Shown here: positions 8,148-20,656 of the stretch, piece after piece | Position numbering within the stretch: the stretch's first letter is position 1 | Layout of the letters: each line of letters begins with the position of its first letter | From: Utricularia gibba | Lineage: Eukaryota > Plantae > Magnoliophyta | Length of the DNA: 24,641 nt | Assembly: GCA_002189035.1 (NCBI GenBank) | Contig: NEEC01000187.1 | Span: 1 to 24,641 of the forward strand | Direction: 5' to 3' | The notes under the pieces: model-generated | What the model was told of the DNA's origin: nothing | Seen by the model: only the letters and a program-made list of their open reading frames with translations | Database searches by the model: none | Program-made: the position numbers and the translations under genes

Positions 8148-8986
8148 CCCAAAGTCAGTTTTAGCCCGGCGAAAAAAGGGATGCATTTCTTAGCGTTGGG
8201 TTATCACGAGCCGCCTAATTTTTTTTCGTGGAACACCATCTAGTTTTGTGGGGGGGCGCTCTCGAGGGGCCCTTGGCTTGGGCCCCGGGTTCGGTCTGGC
8301 TGATGAGCCCACTCTGGTCCCACTCGGCGAAAATCGTGACACATTTGTTGAAATTAGGATGTCACGTGCACCCAACACGGTTTTTTCAACAACACGCTTT
8401 ATACTTGTGGAGACGCTCTCGGGGGGCACTCGAATCTTCCCATACGTCGTACCAGGCTCGAGCGTAAAGTCATTGTAGCCCGGCAAAGAAAGTGATGCAT
8501 TTATTAACTTTGGGTTGTCACGAGCCGCCTAAATGGTTTTCCATGGAACACCTTCTAGTTTTGGGGGGGAGGGGAGCGGGCGCTGCGCCTCGTCCGGGCC
8601 CCGGGAGCCCGGTCCCGTCCGACTCGACGAAAATCGTGATGCATTTGTTGAAGTTAGGATGTCACGAGAACCGCACACGGTTTTTTTCAACAACACACTT
8701 TATACTTAAGGAGGAGCTCTCGGTGGGGCACCCTGATCGAGCCGGAGGTCGTGCCGAACTCAGGCCCAAAGTCAGCAGTAGCGCGCCAAAAAAAGTGATG
8801 CATTTATTAACGTTGGGTTGTGACGAGACGCGTATATGGTTTTTGAAGGAACACCTCCTCGTATTGAGGCGGGCGCTCTCGAGGGGCCCTTGGCCCGGGC
8901 CCCGGGTTCGGACGGGCTCATGGGCCCACTCGACGAAAATCATGATGCATTTGTTGAAATTGGGATGTCACGTGCACCCCACATTT
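8148..8986. repeat. GC-rich subrepeat block, unit 4
   Basis: Copy of 1207-2041. Confidence 0.9.
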
Positions 8987-9235
8987 GTTGAGCGAGGACG
9001 GCCAATTTTAGAGACTCGATGGGCCATTCTTCGATCAGCGTCCTACTATCTAGTTCAAACTCAAAGTCACATTATTCTTGCACAATTTCGTATGAATGAA
9101 TATGGGATATGATCCGTTGGAAGCCCAAGTGTTAGAGAATTTTACTGAATCTGCTGAGCAAGGGGTTGTGAGTTCATAACAGCTGTTGAAACCTCTCCAG
9201 GGTGGTGTGCGTGGCGTGATGAGCTTTCTACAATG
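8987..9235 (+). pseudogene. Harbinger transposase fragment, unit 4
   Basis: Copy carrying the same frameshifts and stop. Confidence 0.8.
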
Positions 9236-9252
9236 ACAAAAAAAATATTTTT

Positions 9253-10151
9253 ATAATCATGTGATATATGTTTATTAAAATATAAATAATGTAAATACGT
9301 TAGTTATTAAAGCATATACTACATGTGAAAGTTTCTTAGTTTTTAATTTTATTAGCATTCGACCCTTAGTTATACTTTGGATGGAGTGTGCATTTTTATT
9401 TTAATCATTTTAATTAGCATTCGATCCTTGGTTAAGATTCCAATCGAGTGTATATTTTTTATTTGAACGATTCTATTTGCATTCGATTCTAAGATATGAT
9501 GCGGATCGAGCGTATATTTTTTATTTTAATATTTTTATTGGCTTTCGGTCTTTAGACATGATTCGGATCGAGTGGAGATGGTTTACTTGAAACTTGTGTT
9601 AACGCTCGATCCTTAGGAGCAATGTGGAGCGTGTTTACATTGCAAGGGCACACGGGCGTGGGTTGTGCGTAAACCACGCCCGTGTGGCATGGCATTGTAA
9701 TGTATACACGTTCTAAATTGCTCCTAACGGTGGAACGCTAATTAAGATTTAAAATAAATGAATATGCACTCGATCCAAAGTATACCTAAGGATCTAAGGC
9801 TAATAAAAATATGAGAGTGAAAAATATACGCTCGATCCGCAGCATACCTAACGTTCGAATGCTAATAAAAAATATTAAAATAAAAAATACGCGCTCGATC
9901 CGCATTATACTTAAGGATCGAATGATAATAAAAATATTTAAAGTAAAAAAATAGCAAATATGATCTGAATCATAACCAAGGATCGAATGCTAATTAAATT
10001 GACTAAAGTAAAAATACACACTCCATCCAAAGTACAACTGAGGATCAAATGGTAATAATTAAGTCAAAGAAGCTTTCACAGTTATCCTACGGTTTAATAA
10101 ATAATGTATTTCAATTATTTATAATTTAATAAACCTATATCATATGATTAT
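9253..10151. mobile_element. Foldback element, copy 5
   Basis: Same ends and modules as copy 2. Confidence 0.7.
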
Positions 10152-10480
10152 GATTAGAGATGGGCCTGGGTTGGATCCATTCAGGTTCGGACCCAACCCG
10201 ATGAAATTCTGGGTATTACAGTTTGCATGACCCATGGGGTTGTCTTTCTGTTCAACCCGAACGGGTTAAACCCTACGGGTTTTGATTGGGCCCGAACCGA
10301 ACCAAGGGTTTATCAATTTTATTTTTATTTTTGGCTTATTGTATTTTATGGTTGTTTTTTTTTTTCCACGGCCGTATGGCCTTGTGGCTGCTGCTCGAGC
10401 ACGCGGGCATTAACCAAGCCCATGTGGCCTCGTGGTGCTGCTGCGTATGCACACGGGCTGGGGGTCGCGCCGGGCATGAG

Positions 10481-11318
10481 CCCAAAGTCAGTTTTAGCCC
10501 GGCGAAAAAAGGGATGCATTTCTTAGCGTTGGGTTATCACGAGCCGCCTAATTTTTTTTCGTGGAACACCATCTAGTTTTGTGGGGGGGCGCTCTCGAGG
10601 GGCCCTTGGCTTGGGCCCCGGGTTCGGTCTGGCTGATGAGCCCACTCTGGTCCCACTCGGCGAAAATCGTGACACATTTGTTGAAATTAGGATGTCACGT
10701 GCACCCAACACGGTTTTTTCAACAACACGCTTTATACTTGTGGAGACGCTCTCGGGGGGCACTCGAATCTTCCCATACGTCGTACCAGGCTCGAGCGTAA
10801 AGTCATTGTAGCCCGGCAAAGAAAGTGATGCATTTATTAACTTTGGGTTGTCACGAGCCGCCTAAATGGTTTTCCATGGAACACCTTCTAGTTTTGGGGG
10901 GGAGGGGAGCGGGCGCTGCGCCTCGTCCGGGCCCCGGGAGCCCGGTCCCGTCCGACTCGACGAAAATCGTGATGCATTTGTTGAAGTTAGGATGTCACGA
11001 GAACCGCACACGGTTTTTTTCAACAACACACTTTATACTTAAGGAGGAGCTCTCGGGGGGCACCCTGATCGAGCCGGAGGTCGTGCCGAACTCAGGCCCA
11101 AAGTCAGCAGTAGCGCGCCAAAAAAAGTGATGCATTTATTAACGTTGGGTTGTGACGAGACGCGTATATGGTTTTTGAAGGAACACCTCCTCGTATTGAG
11201 GCGGGCGCTCTCGAGGGGCCCTTGGCCCGGGCCCCGGGTTCGGACGGGCTCATGGGCCCACTCGACGAAAATCATGATGCATTTGTTGAAATTGGGATGT
11301 CACGTGCACCCCACATTT
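10481..11318. repeat. GC-rich subrepeat block, unit 5
   Basis: Copy of 1207-2041. Confidence 0.9.
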
Positions 11319-11567
11319 GTTGAGCGAGGACGGCCAATTTTAGAGACTCGATGGGCCATTCTTCGATCAGCGTCCTACTATCTAGTTCAAACTCAAAGTC
11401 ACATTATTCTTGCACAATTTCGTATGAATGAATATGGGATATGATCCGTTGGAAGCCCAAGTGTTAGAGAATTTTACTGAATCTGCTGAGCAAGGGGTTG
11501 TGAGTTCATAACAGCTGTTGAAACCTCTCCAGGGTGGTGTGCGTGGCGTGATGAGCTTTCTACAATG
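11319..11567 (+). pseudogene. Harbinger transposase fragment, unit 5
   Basis: Copy carrying the same frameshifts and stop. Confidence 0.8.
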
Positions 11568-11583
11568 ACAAAAAAAATTTTTT

Positions 11584-12482
11584 ATAATCATGTGATATAT
11601 GTTTATTAAAATATAAATAATGTAAATACGTTAGTTATTAAAGCATATACTACATGTGAAAGTTTCTTAGTTTTTAATTTTATTAGCATTCGACCCTTAG
11701 TTATACTTTGGATGGAGTGTGCATTTTTATTTTAATCATTTTAATTAGCATTCGATCCTTGGTTAAGATTCCAATCGAGTGTATATTTTTTATTTGAACG
11801 ATTCTATTTGCATTCGATTCTAAGATATGATGCGGATCGAGCGTATATTTTTTATTTTAATATTTTTATTGGCTTTCGGTCTTTAGACATGATTCGGATC
11901 GAGTGGAGATGGTTTACTTGAAACTTGTGTTAACGCTCGATCCTTAGGAGCAATGTGGAGCGTGTTTACATTGCAAGGGCACACGGGCGTGGGTTGTGCG
12001 TAAACCACGCCCGTGTGGCATGGCATTGTAATGTATACACGTTCTAAATTGCTCCTAACGGTGGAACGCTAATTAAGATTTAAAATAAATGAATATGCAC
12101 TCGATCCAAAGTATACCTAAGGATCTAAGGCTAATAAAAATATGAGAGTGAAAAATATACGCTCGATCCGCAGCATACCTAACGTTCGAATGCTAATAAA
12201 AAATATTAAAATAAAAAATACGCGCTCGATCCGCATTATACTTAAGGATCGAATGATAATAAAAATATTTAAAGTAAAAAAATAGCAAATATGATCTGAA
12301 TCATAACCAAGGATCGAATGCTAATTAAATTGACTAAAGTAAAAATACACACTCCATCCAAAGTACAACTGAGGATCAAATGGTAATAATTAAGTCAAAG
12401 AAGCTTTCACAGTTATCCTACGGTTTAATAAATAATGTATTTCAATTATTTATAATTTAATAAACCTATATCATATGATTAT
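11584..12482. mobile_element. Foldback element, copy 6
   Basis: Same ends and modules as copy 2. Confidence 0.7.
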
Positions 12483-12812
12483 GATTAGAGATGGGCCTGG
12501 GTTGGATCCATTCAGGTTCGGACCCAACCCGATGAAATTCTGGGTATTACAGTTTGCATGACCCATGGGGTTGTCTTTCTGTTCAACCCGAACGGGTTAA
12601 ACCCTACGGGTTTTGATTGGGCCCGAACCGAACCAAGGGTTTATCAATTTTATTTTTTATTTTTGGCTTATTGTATTTTATGGTTGTTTTCTTTTTTCCA
12701 CGGCCGTATGGCCTTGTGGCTGCTGCTCGAGCACGCGGGCATTAACCAAGCCCATGTGGCCTCGTGGTGCTGCTGCGTATGCACACGGGCTGGGGGTCGC
12801 GCCGGGCATGAG

Positions 12813-13650
12813 CCCAAAGTCAGTTTTAGCCCGGCGAAAAAAGGGATGCATTTCTTAGCGTTGGGTTATCACGAGCCGCCTAATTTTTTTTCGTGGAACA
12901 CCATCTAGTTTTGTGGGGGGGCGCTCTCGAGGGGCCCTTGGCTTGGGCCCCGGGTTCGGTCTGGCTGATGAGCCCACTCTGGTCCCACTCGGCGAAAATC
13001 GTGACACATTTGTTGAAATTAGGATGTCACGTGCACCCAACACGGTTTTTTCAACAACACGCTTTATACTTGTGGAGACGCTCTCGGGGGCACTCGAATC
13101 TTCCCATACGTCGTACCAGGCTCGAGCGTAAAGTCATTGTAGCCCGGCAAAGAAAGTGATGCATTTATTAACTTTGGGTTGTCACGAGCCGCCTAAATGG
13201 TTTTCCATGGAACACCTTCTAGTTTTGGGGGGGAGGGGAGCGGGCGCTGCGCCTCGTCCGGGCCCCGGGAGCCCGGTCCCGTCCGACTCGACGAAAATCG
13301 TGATGCATTTGTTGAAGTTAGGATGTCACGAGAACCGCACACGGTTTTTTTCAACAACACACTTTATACTTAAGGAGGAGCTCTCGGTGGGGCACCCTGA
13401 TCGAGCCGGAGGTCGTGCCGAACTCAGGCCCAAAGTCAGCAGTAGCGCGCCAAAAAAAGTGATGCATTTATTAACGTTGGGTTGTGACGAGACGCGTATA
13501 TGGTTTTTGAAGGAACACCTCCTCGTATTGAGGCGGGCGCTCTCGAGGGGCCCTTGGCCCGGGCCCCGGGTTCGGACGGGCTCATGGGCCCACTCGACGA
13601 AAATCATGATGCATTTGTTGAAATTGGGATGTCACGTGCACCCCACATTT
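12813..13650. repeat. GC-rich subrepeat block, unit 6
   Basis: Copy of 1207-2041. Confidence 0.9.
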
Positions 13651-13899
13651 GTTGAGCGAGGACGGCCAATTTTAGAGACTCGATGGGCCATTCTTCGATC
13701 AGCGTCCTACTATCTAGTTCAAACTCAAAGTCACATTATTCTTGCACAATTTCGTATGAATGAATATGGGATATGATCCGTTGGAAGCCCAAGTGTTAGA
13801 GAATTTTACTGAATCTGCTGAGCAAGGGGTTGTGAGTTCATAACAGCTGTTGAAACCTCTCCAGGGTGGTGTGCGTGGCGTGATGAGCTTTCTACAATG
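13651..13899 (+). pseudogene. Harbinger transposase fragment, unit 6
   Basis: Copy carrying the same frameshifts and stop. Confidence 0.8.
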
Positions 13900-13916
13900 A
13901 CAAAAAAAATATTTTT

Positions 13917-14815
13917 ATAATCATGTGATATATGTTTATTAAAATATAAATAATGTAAATACGTTAGTTATTAAAGCATATACTACATGTGAAAGTTTCT
14001 TAGTTTTTAATTTTATTAGCATTCGACCCTTAGTTATACTTTGGATGGAGTGTGCATTTTTATTTTAATCATTTTAATTAGCATTCGATCCTTGGTTAAG
14101 ATTCCAATCGAGTGTATATTTTTTATTTGAACGATTCTATTTGCATTCGATTCTAAGATATGATGCGGATCGAGCGTATATTTTTTATTTTAATATTTTT
14201 ATTGGCTTTCGGTCTTTAGACATGATTCGGATCGAGTGGAGATGGTTTACTTGAAACTTGTGTTAACGCTCGATCCTTAGGAGCAATGTGGAGCGTGTTT
14301 ACATTGCAAGGGCACACGGGCGTGGGTTGTGCGTAAACCACGCCCGTGTGGCATGGCATTGTAATGTATACACGTTCTAAATTGCTCCTAACGGTGGAAC
14401 GCTAATTAAGATTTAAAATAAATGAATATGCACTCGATCCAAAGTATACCTAAGGATCTAAGGCTAATAAAAATATGAGAGTGAAAAATATACGCTCGAT
14501 CCGCAGCATACCTAACGTTCGAATGCTAATAAAAAATATTAAAATAAAAAATACGCGCTCGATCCGCATTATACTTAAGGATCGAATGATAATAAAAATA
14601 TTTAAAGTAAAAAAATAGCAAATATGATCTGAATCATAACCAAGGATCGAATGCTAATTAAATTGACTAAAGTAAAAATACACACTCCATCCAAAGTACA
14701 ACTGAGGATCAAATGGTAATAATTAAGTCAAAGAAGCTTTCACAGTTATCCTACGGTTTAATAAATAATGTATTTCAATTATTTATAATTTAATAAACCT
14801 ATATCATATGATTAT
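13917..14815. mobile_element. Foldback element, copy 7
   Basis: Same ends and modules as copy 2. Confidence 0.7.
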
Positions 14816-15147
14816 GATTAGAGATGGGCCTGGGTTGGATCCATTCAGGTTCGGACCCAACCCGATGAAATTCTGGGTATTACAGTTTGCATGACCCATG
14901 GGGTTGTCTTTCTGTTCAACCCGAACGGGTTAAACCCTACGGGTTTTGATTGGGCCCGAACCGAACCAAGGGTTTATCAATTTTATTTTTTATTTTTGGC
15001 TTATTGTATTTTATGGTTGTTTTTCTTTTTTTCCACGGCCGTATGGCCTTGTGGCTGCTGCTCGAGCACGCGGGCATTAACCAAGCCCATGTGGCCTCGT
15101 GGTGCTGCTGCGTATGCACACGGGCTGGGGGTCGCGCCGGGCATGAG

Positions 15148-15985
15148 CCCAAAGTCAGTTTTAGCCCGGCGAAAAAAGGGATGCATTTCTTAGCGTTGGG
15201 TTATCACGAGCCGCCTAATTTTTTTTCGTGGAACACCATCTAGTTTTGTGGGGGGGCGCTCTCGAGGGGCCCTTGGCTTGGGCCCCGGGTTCGGTCTGGC
15301 TGATGAGCCCACTCTGGTCCCACTCGGCGAAAATCGTGACACATTTGTTGAAATTAGGATGTCACGTGCACCCAACACGGTTTTTTCAACAACACGCTTT
15401 ATACTTGTGGAGACGCTCTCGGGGGGCACTCGAATCTTCCCATACGTCGTACCAGGCTCGAGCGTAAAGTCATTGTAGCCCGGCAAAGAAAGTGATGCAT
15501 TTATTAACTTTGGGTTGTCACGAGCCGCCTAAATGGTTTTCCATGGAACACCTTCTAGTTTTGGGGGGAGGGGAGCGGGCGCTGCGCCTCGTCCGGGCCC
15601 CGGGAGCCCGGTCCCGTCCGACTCGACGAAAATCGTGATGCATTTGTTGAAGTTAGGATGTCACGAGAACCGCACACGGTTTTTTTCAACAACACACTTT
15701 ATACTTAAGGAGGAGCTCTCGGTGGGGCACCCTGATCGAGCCGGAGGTCGTGCCGAACTCAGGCCCAAAGTCAGCAGTAGCGCGCCAAAAAAAGTGATGC
15801 ATTTATTAACGTTGGGTTGTGACGAGACGCGTATATGGTTTTTGAAGGAACACCTCCTCGTATTGAGGCGGGCGCTCTCGAGGGGCCCTTGGCCCGGGCC
15901 CCGGGTTCGGACGGGCTCATGGGCCCACTCGACGAAAATCATGATGCATTTGTTGAAATTGGGATGTCACGTGCACCCCACATTT
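15148..15985. repeat. GC-rich subrepeat block, unit 7
   Basis: Copy of 1207-2041. Confidence 0.9.
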
Positions 15986-16234
15986 GTTGAGCGAGGACGG
16001 CCAATTTTAGAGACTCGATGGGCCATTCTTCGATCAGCGTCCTACTATCTAGTTCAAACTCAAAGTCACATTATTCTTGCACAATTTCGTATGAATGAAT
16101 ATGGGATATGATCCGTTGGAAGCCCAAGTGTTAGAGAATTTTACTGAATCTGCTGAGCAAGGGGTTGTGAGTTCATAACAGCTGTTGAAACCTCTCCAGG
16201 GTGGTGTGCGTGGCGTGATGAGCTTTCTACAATG
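15986..16234 (+). pseudogene. Harbinger transposase fragment, unit 7
   Basis: Copy carrying the same frameshifts and stop. Confidence 0.8.
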
Positions 16235-16251
16235 ACAAAAAAAATATTTTT

Positions 16252-17150
16252 ATAATCATGTGATATATGTTTATTAAAATATAAATAATGTAAATACGTT
16301 AGTTATTAAAGCATATACTACATGTGAAAGTTTCTTAGTTTTTAATTTTATTAGCATTCGACCCTTAGTTATACTTTGGATGGAGTGTGCATTTTTATTT
16401 TAATCATTTTAATTAGCATTCGATCCTTGGTTAAGATTCCAATCGAGTGTATATTTTTTATTTGAACGATTCTATTTGCATTCGATTCTAAGATATGATG
16501 CGGATCGAGCGTATATTTTTTATTTTAATATTTTTATTGGCTTTCGGTCTTTAGACATGATTCGGATCGAGTGGAGATGGTTTACTTGAAACTTGTGTTA
16601 ACGCTCGATCCTTAGGAGCAATGTGGAGCGTGTTTACATTGCAAGGGCACACGGGCGTGGGTTGTGCGTAAACCACGCCCGTGTGGCATGGCATTGTAAT
16701 GTATACACGTTCTAAATTGCTCCTAACGGTGGAACGCTAATTAAGATTTAAAATAAATGAATATGCACTCGATCCAAAGTATACCTAAGGATCTAAGGCT
16801 AATAAAAATATGAGAGTGAAAAATATACGCTCGATCCGCAGCATACCTAACGTTCGAATGCTAATAAAAAATATTAAAATAAAAAATACGCGCTCGATCC
16901 GCATTATACTTAAGGATCGAATGATAATAAAAATATTTAAAGTAAAAAAATAGCAAATATGATCTGAATCATAACCAAGGATCGAATGCTAATTAAATTG
17001 ACTAAAGTAAAAATACACACTCCATCCAAAGTACAACTGAGGATCAAATGGTAATAATTAAGTCAAAGAAGCTTTCACAGTTATCCTACGGTTTAATAAA
17101 TAATGTATTTCAATTATTTATAATTTAATAAACCTATATCATATGATTAT
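16252..17150. mobile_element. Foldback element, copy 8 (899 bp)
   Basis: Left arm ~16252-16663, 6-nt loop GTGCGT, right arm ~16670-17150. Confidence 0.7.
16648..16685. other. GC-rich perfect hairpin at the foldback apex (representative copy; present in every unit)
   Basis: CACACGGGCGTGG (16648-16660) is the exact reverse complement of CCACGCCCGTGTG (16673-16685). Inside the stem are one G/A mismatch, a TT/AA pair and a 6-nt loop. Confidence 0.9.
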
Positions 17151-17153
17151 GAT

Positions 17154-17310
17154 TAGAGATGGGCCTGGGTTGGATCCATTCAGGTTCGGACCCAACCCGA
17201 TGAAATTCTGGGTATTACAGTTTGCATGACCCATGGGGTTGTCTTTCTGTTCAACCCGAACGGGTTAAACCCTACGGGTTTTGATTGGGCCCGAACCGAA
17301 CCAAGGGTTT
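17154..17310 (+). mobile_element. Possible hAT-like end, unit 8 copy (others start at 3184, 5504, 7819, 10155, 12486, 14819, 19489, 21826, 24155)
   Basis: Same sequence as 879-1034. Confidence 0.4.
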
Positions 17311-17482
17311 ATCAATTTTATTTTTTATTTTTGGCTTATTGTATTTTATGGTTGTTTTTCTTTTTTTCCACGGCCGTATGGCCTTGTGGCTGCTGCTCGA
17401 GCACGCGGGCATTAACCAAGCCCATGTGGCCTCGTGGTGCTGCTGCGTATGCACACGGGCTGGGGGTCGCGCCGGGCATGAG

Positions 17483-18320
17483 CCCAAAGTCAGTTTTAGC
17501 CCGGCGAAAAAAGGGATGCATTTCTTAGCGTTGGGTTATCACGAGCCGCCTAATTTTTTTTCGTGGAACACCATCTAGTTTTGTGGGGGGGCGCTCTCGA
17601 GGGGCCCTTGGCTTGGGCCCCGGGTTCGGTCTGGCTGATGAGCCCACTCTGGTCCCACTCGGCGAAAATCGTGACACATTTGTTGAAATTAGGATGTCAC
17701 GTGCACCCAACACGGTTTTTTCAACAACACGCTTTATACTTGTGGAGACGCTCTCGGGGGGCACTCGAATCTTCCCATACGTCGTACCAGGCTCGAGCGT
17801 AAAGTCATTGTAGCCCGGCAAAGAAAGTGATGCATTTATTAACTTTGGGTTGTCACGAGCCGCCTAAATGGTTTTCCATGGAACACCTTCTAGTTTTGGG
17901 GGGAGGGGAGCGGGCGCTGCGCCTCGTCCGGGCCCCGGGAGCCCGGTCCCGTCCGACTCGACGAAAATCGTGATGCATTTGTTGAAGTTAGGATGTCACG
18001 AGAACCGCACACGGTTTTTTTCAACAACACACTTTATACTTAAGGAGGAGCTCTCGGTGGGGCACCCTGATCGAGCCGGAGGTCGTGCCGAACTCAGGCC
18101 CAAAGTCAGCAGTAGCGCGCCAAAAAAAGTGATGCATTTATTAACGTTGGGTTGTGACGAGACGCGTATATGGTTTTTGAAGGAACACCTCCTCGTATTG
18201 AGGCGGGCGCTCTCGAGGGGCCCTTGGCCCGGGCCCCGGGTTCGGACGGGCTCATGGGCCCACTCGACGAAAATCATGATGCATTTGTTGAAATTGGGAT
18301 GTCACGTGCACCCCACATTT
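17483..18320. repeat. GC-rich subrepeat block, unit 8
   Basis: Copy of 1207-2041. Confidence 0.9.
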
Positions 18321-18569
18321 GTTGAGCGAGGACGGCCAATTTTAGAGACTCGATGGGCCATTCTTCGATCAGCGTCCTACTATCTAGTTCAAACTCAAAG
18401 TCACATTATTCTTGCACAATTTCGTATGAATGAATATGGGATATGATCCGTTGGAAGCCCAAGTGTTAGAGAATTTTACTGAATCTGCTGAGCAAGGGGT
18501 TGTGAGTTCATAACAGCTGTTGAAACCTCTCCAGGGTGGTGTGCGTGGCGTGATGAGCTTTCTACAATG
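18321..18569 (+). pseudogene. Harbinger transposase fragment, unit 8
   Basis: Frame a: VERGRPILETRWAILRSASYYLVQTQSHIILA. Frame b: LHNFV*MNMGYDPLEAQVLENFTESAEQGV. Frame c: EFITAVETSPGWCAWRDELSTM. Confidence 0.82.
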
Positions 18570-18586
18570 ACAAAAAAAATATTTTT

Positions 18587-19485
18587 ATAATCATGTGATA
18601 TATGTTTATTAAAATATAAATAATGTAAATACGTTAGTTATTAAAGCATATACTACATGTGAAAGTTTCTTAGTTTTTAATTTTATTAGCATTCGACCCT
18701 TAGTTATACTTTGGATGGAGTGTGCATTTTTATTTTAATCATTTTAATTAGCATTCGATCCTTGGTTAAGATTCCAATCGAGTGTATATTTTTTATTTGA
18801 ACGATTCTATTTGCATTCGATTCTAAGATATGATGCGGATCGAGCGTATATTTTTTATTTTAATATTTTTATTGGCTTTCGGTCTTTAGACATGATTCGG
18901 ATCGAGTGGAGATGGTTTACTTGAAACTTGTGTTAACGCTCGATCCTTAGGAGCAATGTGGAGCGTGTTTACATTGCAAGGGCACACGGGCGTGGGTTGT
19001 GCGTAAACCACGCCCGTGTGGCATGGCATTGTAATGTATACACGTTCTAAATTGCTCCTAACGGTGGAACGCTAATTAAGATTTAAAATAAATGAATATG
19101 CACTCGATCCAAAGTATACCTAAGGATCTAAGGCTAATAAAAATATGAGAGTGAAAAATATACGCTCGATCCGCAGCATACCTAACGTTCGAATGCTAAT
19201 AAAAAATATTAAAATAAAAAATACGCGCTCGATCCGCATTATACTTAAGGATCGAATGATAATAAAAATATTTAAAGTAAAAAAATAGCAAATATGATCT
19301 GAATCATAACCAAGGATCGAATGCTAATTAAATTGACTAAAGTAAAAATACACACTCCATCCAAAGTACAACTGAGGATCAAATGGTAATAATTAAGTCA
19401 AAGAAGCTTTCACAGTTATCCTACGGTTTAATAAATAATGTATTTCAATTATTTATAATTTAATAAACCTATATCATATGATTAT
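18587..19485. mobile_element. Foldback element, copy 9
   Basis: Same ends and modules as copy 2. Confidence 0.7.
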
Positions 19486-19818
19486 GATTAGAGATGGGCC
19501 TGGGTTGGATCCATTCAGGTTCGGACCCAACCCGATGAAATTCTGGGTATTACAGTTTGCATGACCCATGGGGTTGTCTTTCTGTTCAACCCGAACGGGT
19601 TAAACCCTACGGGTTTTGATTGGGCCCGAACCGAACCAAGGGTTTATCAATTTTATTTTTTATTTTTGGCTTATTGTATTTTATGGTTGTTTTTCTTTTT
19701 TTTCCACGGCCGTATGGCCTTGTGGCTGCTGCTCGAGCACGCGGGCATTAACCAAGCCCATGTGGCCTCGTGGTGCTGCTGCGTATGCACACGGGCTGGG
19801 GGTCGCGCCGGGCATGAG

Positions 19819-20656
19819 CCCAAAGTCAGTTTTAGCCCGGCGAAAAAAGGGATGCATTTCTTAGCGTTGGGTTATCACGAGCCGCCTAATTTTTTTTCGT
19901 GGAACACCATCTAGTTTTGTGGGGGGGCGCTCTCGAGGGGCCCTTGGCTTGGGCCCCGGGTTCGGTCTGGCTGATGAGCCCACTCTGGTCCCACTCGGCG
20001 AAAATCGTGACACATTTGTTGAAATTAGGATGTCACGTGCACCCAACACGGTTTTTTCAACAACACGCTTTATACTTGTGGAGACGCTCTCGGGGGGCAC
20101 TCGAATCTTCCCATACGTCGTACCAGGCTCGAGCGTAAAGTCATTGTAGCCCGGCAAAGAAAGTGATGCATTTATTAACTTTGGGTTGTCACGAGCCGCC
20201 TAAATGGTTTTCCATGGAACACCTTCTAGTTTTGGGGGGAGGGGAGCGGGCGCTGCGCCTCGTCCGGGCCCCGGGAGCCCGGTCCCGTCCGACTCGACGA
20301 AAATCGTGATGCATTTGTTGAAGTTAGGATGTCACGAGAACCGCACACGGTTTTTTTCAACAACACACTTTATACTTAAGGAGGAGCTCTCGGTGGGGCA
20401 CCCTGATCGAGCCGGAGGTCGTGCCGAACTCAGGCCCAAAGTCAGCAGTAGCGCGCCAAAAAAAGTGATGCATTTATTAACGTTGGGTTGTGACGAGACG
20501 CGTATATGGTTTTTGAAGGAACACCTCCTCGTATTGAGGCGGGCGCTCTCGAGGGGCCCTTGGCCCGGGCCCCGGGTTCGGACGGGCTCATGGGCCCACT
20601 CGACGAAAATCATGATGCATTTGTTGAAATTGGGATGTCACGTGCACCCCACATTT
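19819..20656. repeat. GC-rich subrepeat block, unit 9
   Basis: Copy of 1207-2041. Confidence 0.9.

Larger units (their letters stand above)
6956..9276. repeat. Unit 4 (2,321 bp)
   Basis: Anchor-to-anchor distance; 15-bp deletion near 7550. Confidence 0.95.
9277..11607. repeat. Unit 5 (2,331 bp)
   Basis: Anchor-to-anchor distance. Confidence 0.95.
11608..13940. repeat. Unit 6 (2,333 bp)
   Basis: Anchor-to-anchor distance. Confidence 0.95.
13941..16275. repeat. Unit 7 (2,335 bp)
   Basis: Anchor-to-anchor distance. Confidence 0.95.
16276..18610. repeat. Unit 8 (2,335 bp; near-consensus copy)
   Basis: Anchor-to-anchor distance. Confidence 0.95.

Noticed and set aside
8492-9112. 192-206-aa ORFs (also at 3896, 13156, 15533, 17868, 20204, 22496) as a real protein-coding gene
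   Set aside because: Most of the length is translated GC subrepeat, shown by the internally repeated MHLLxLGC motif. The frame opens or closes with homopolymer length between copies, and only the last ~40 codons have protein homology, to a dead transposase.
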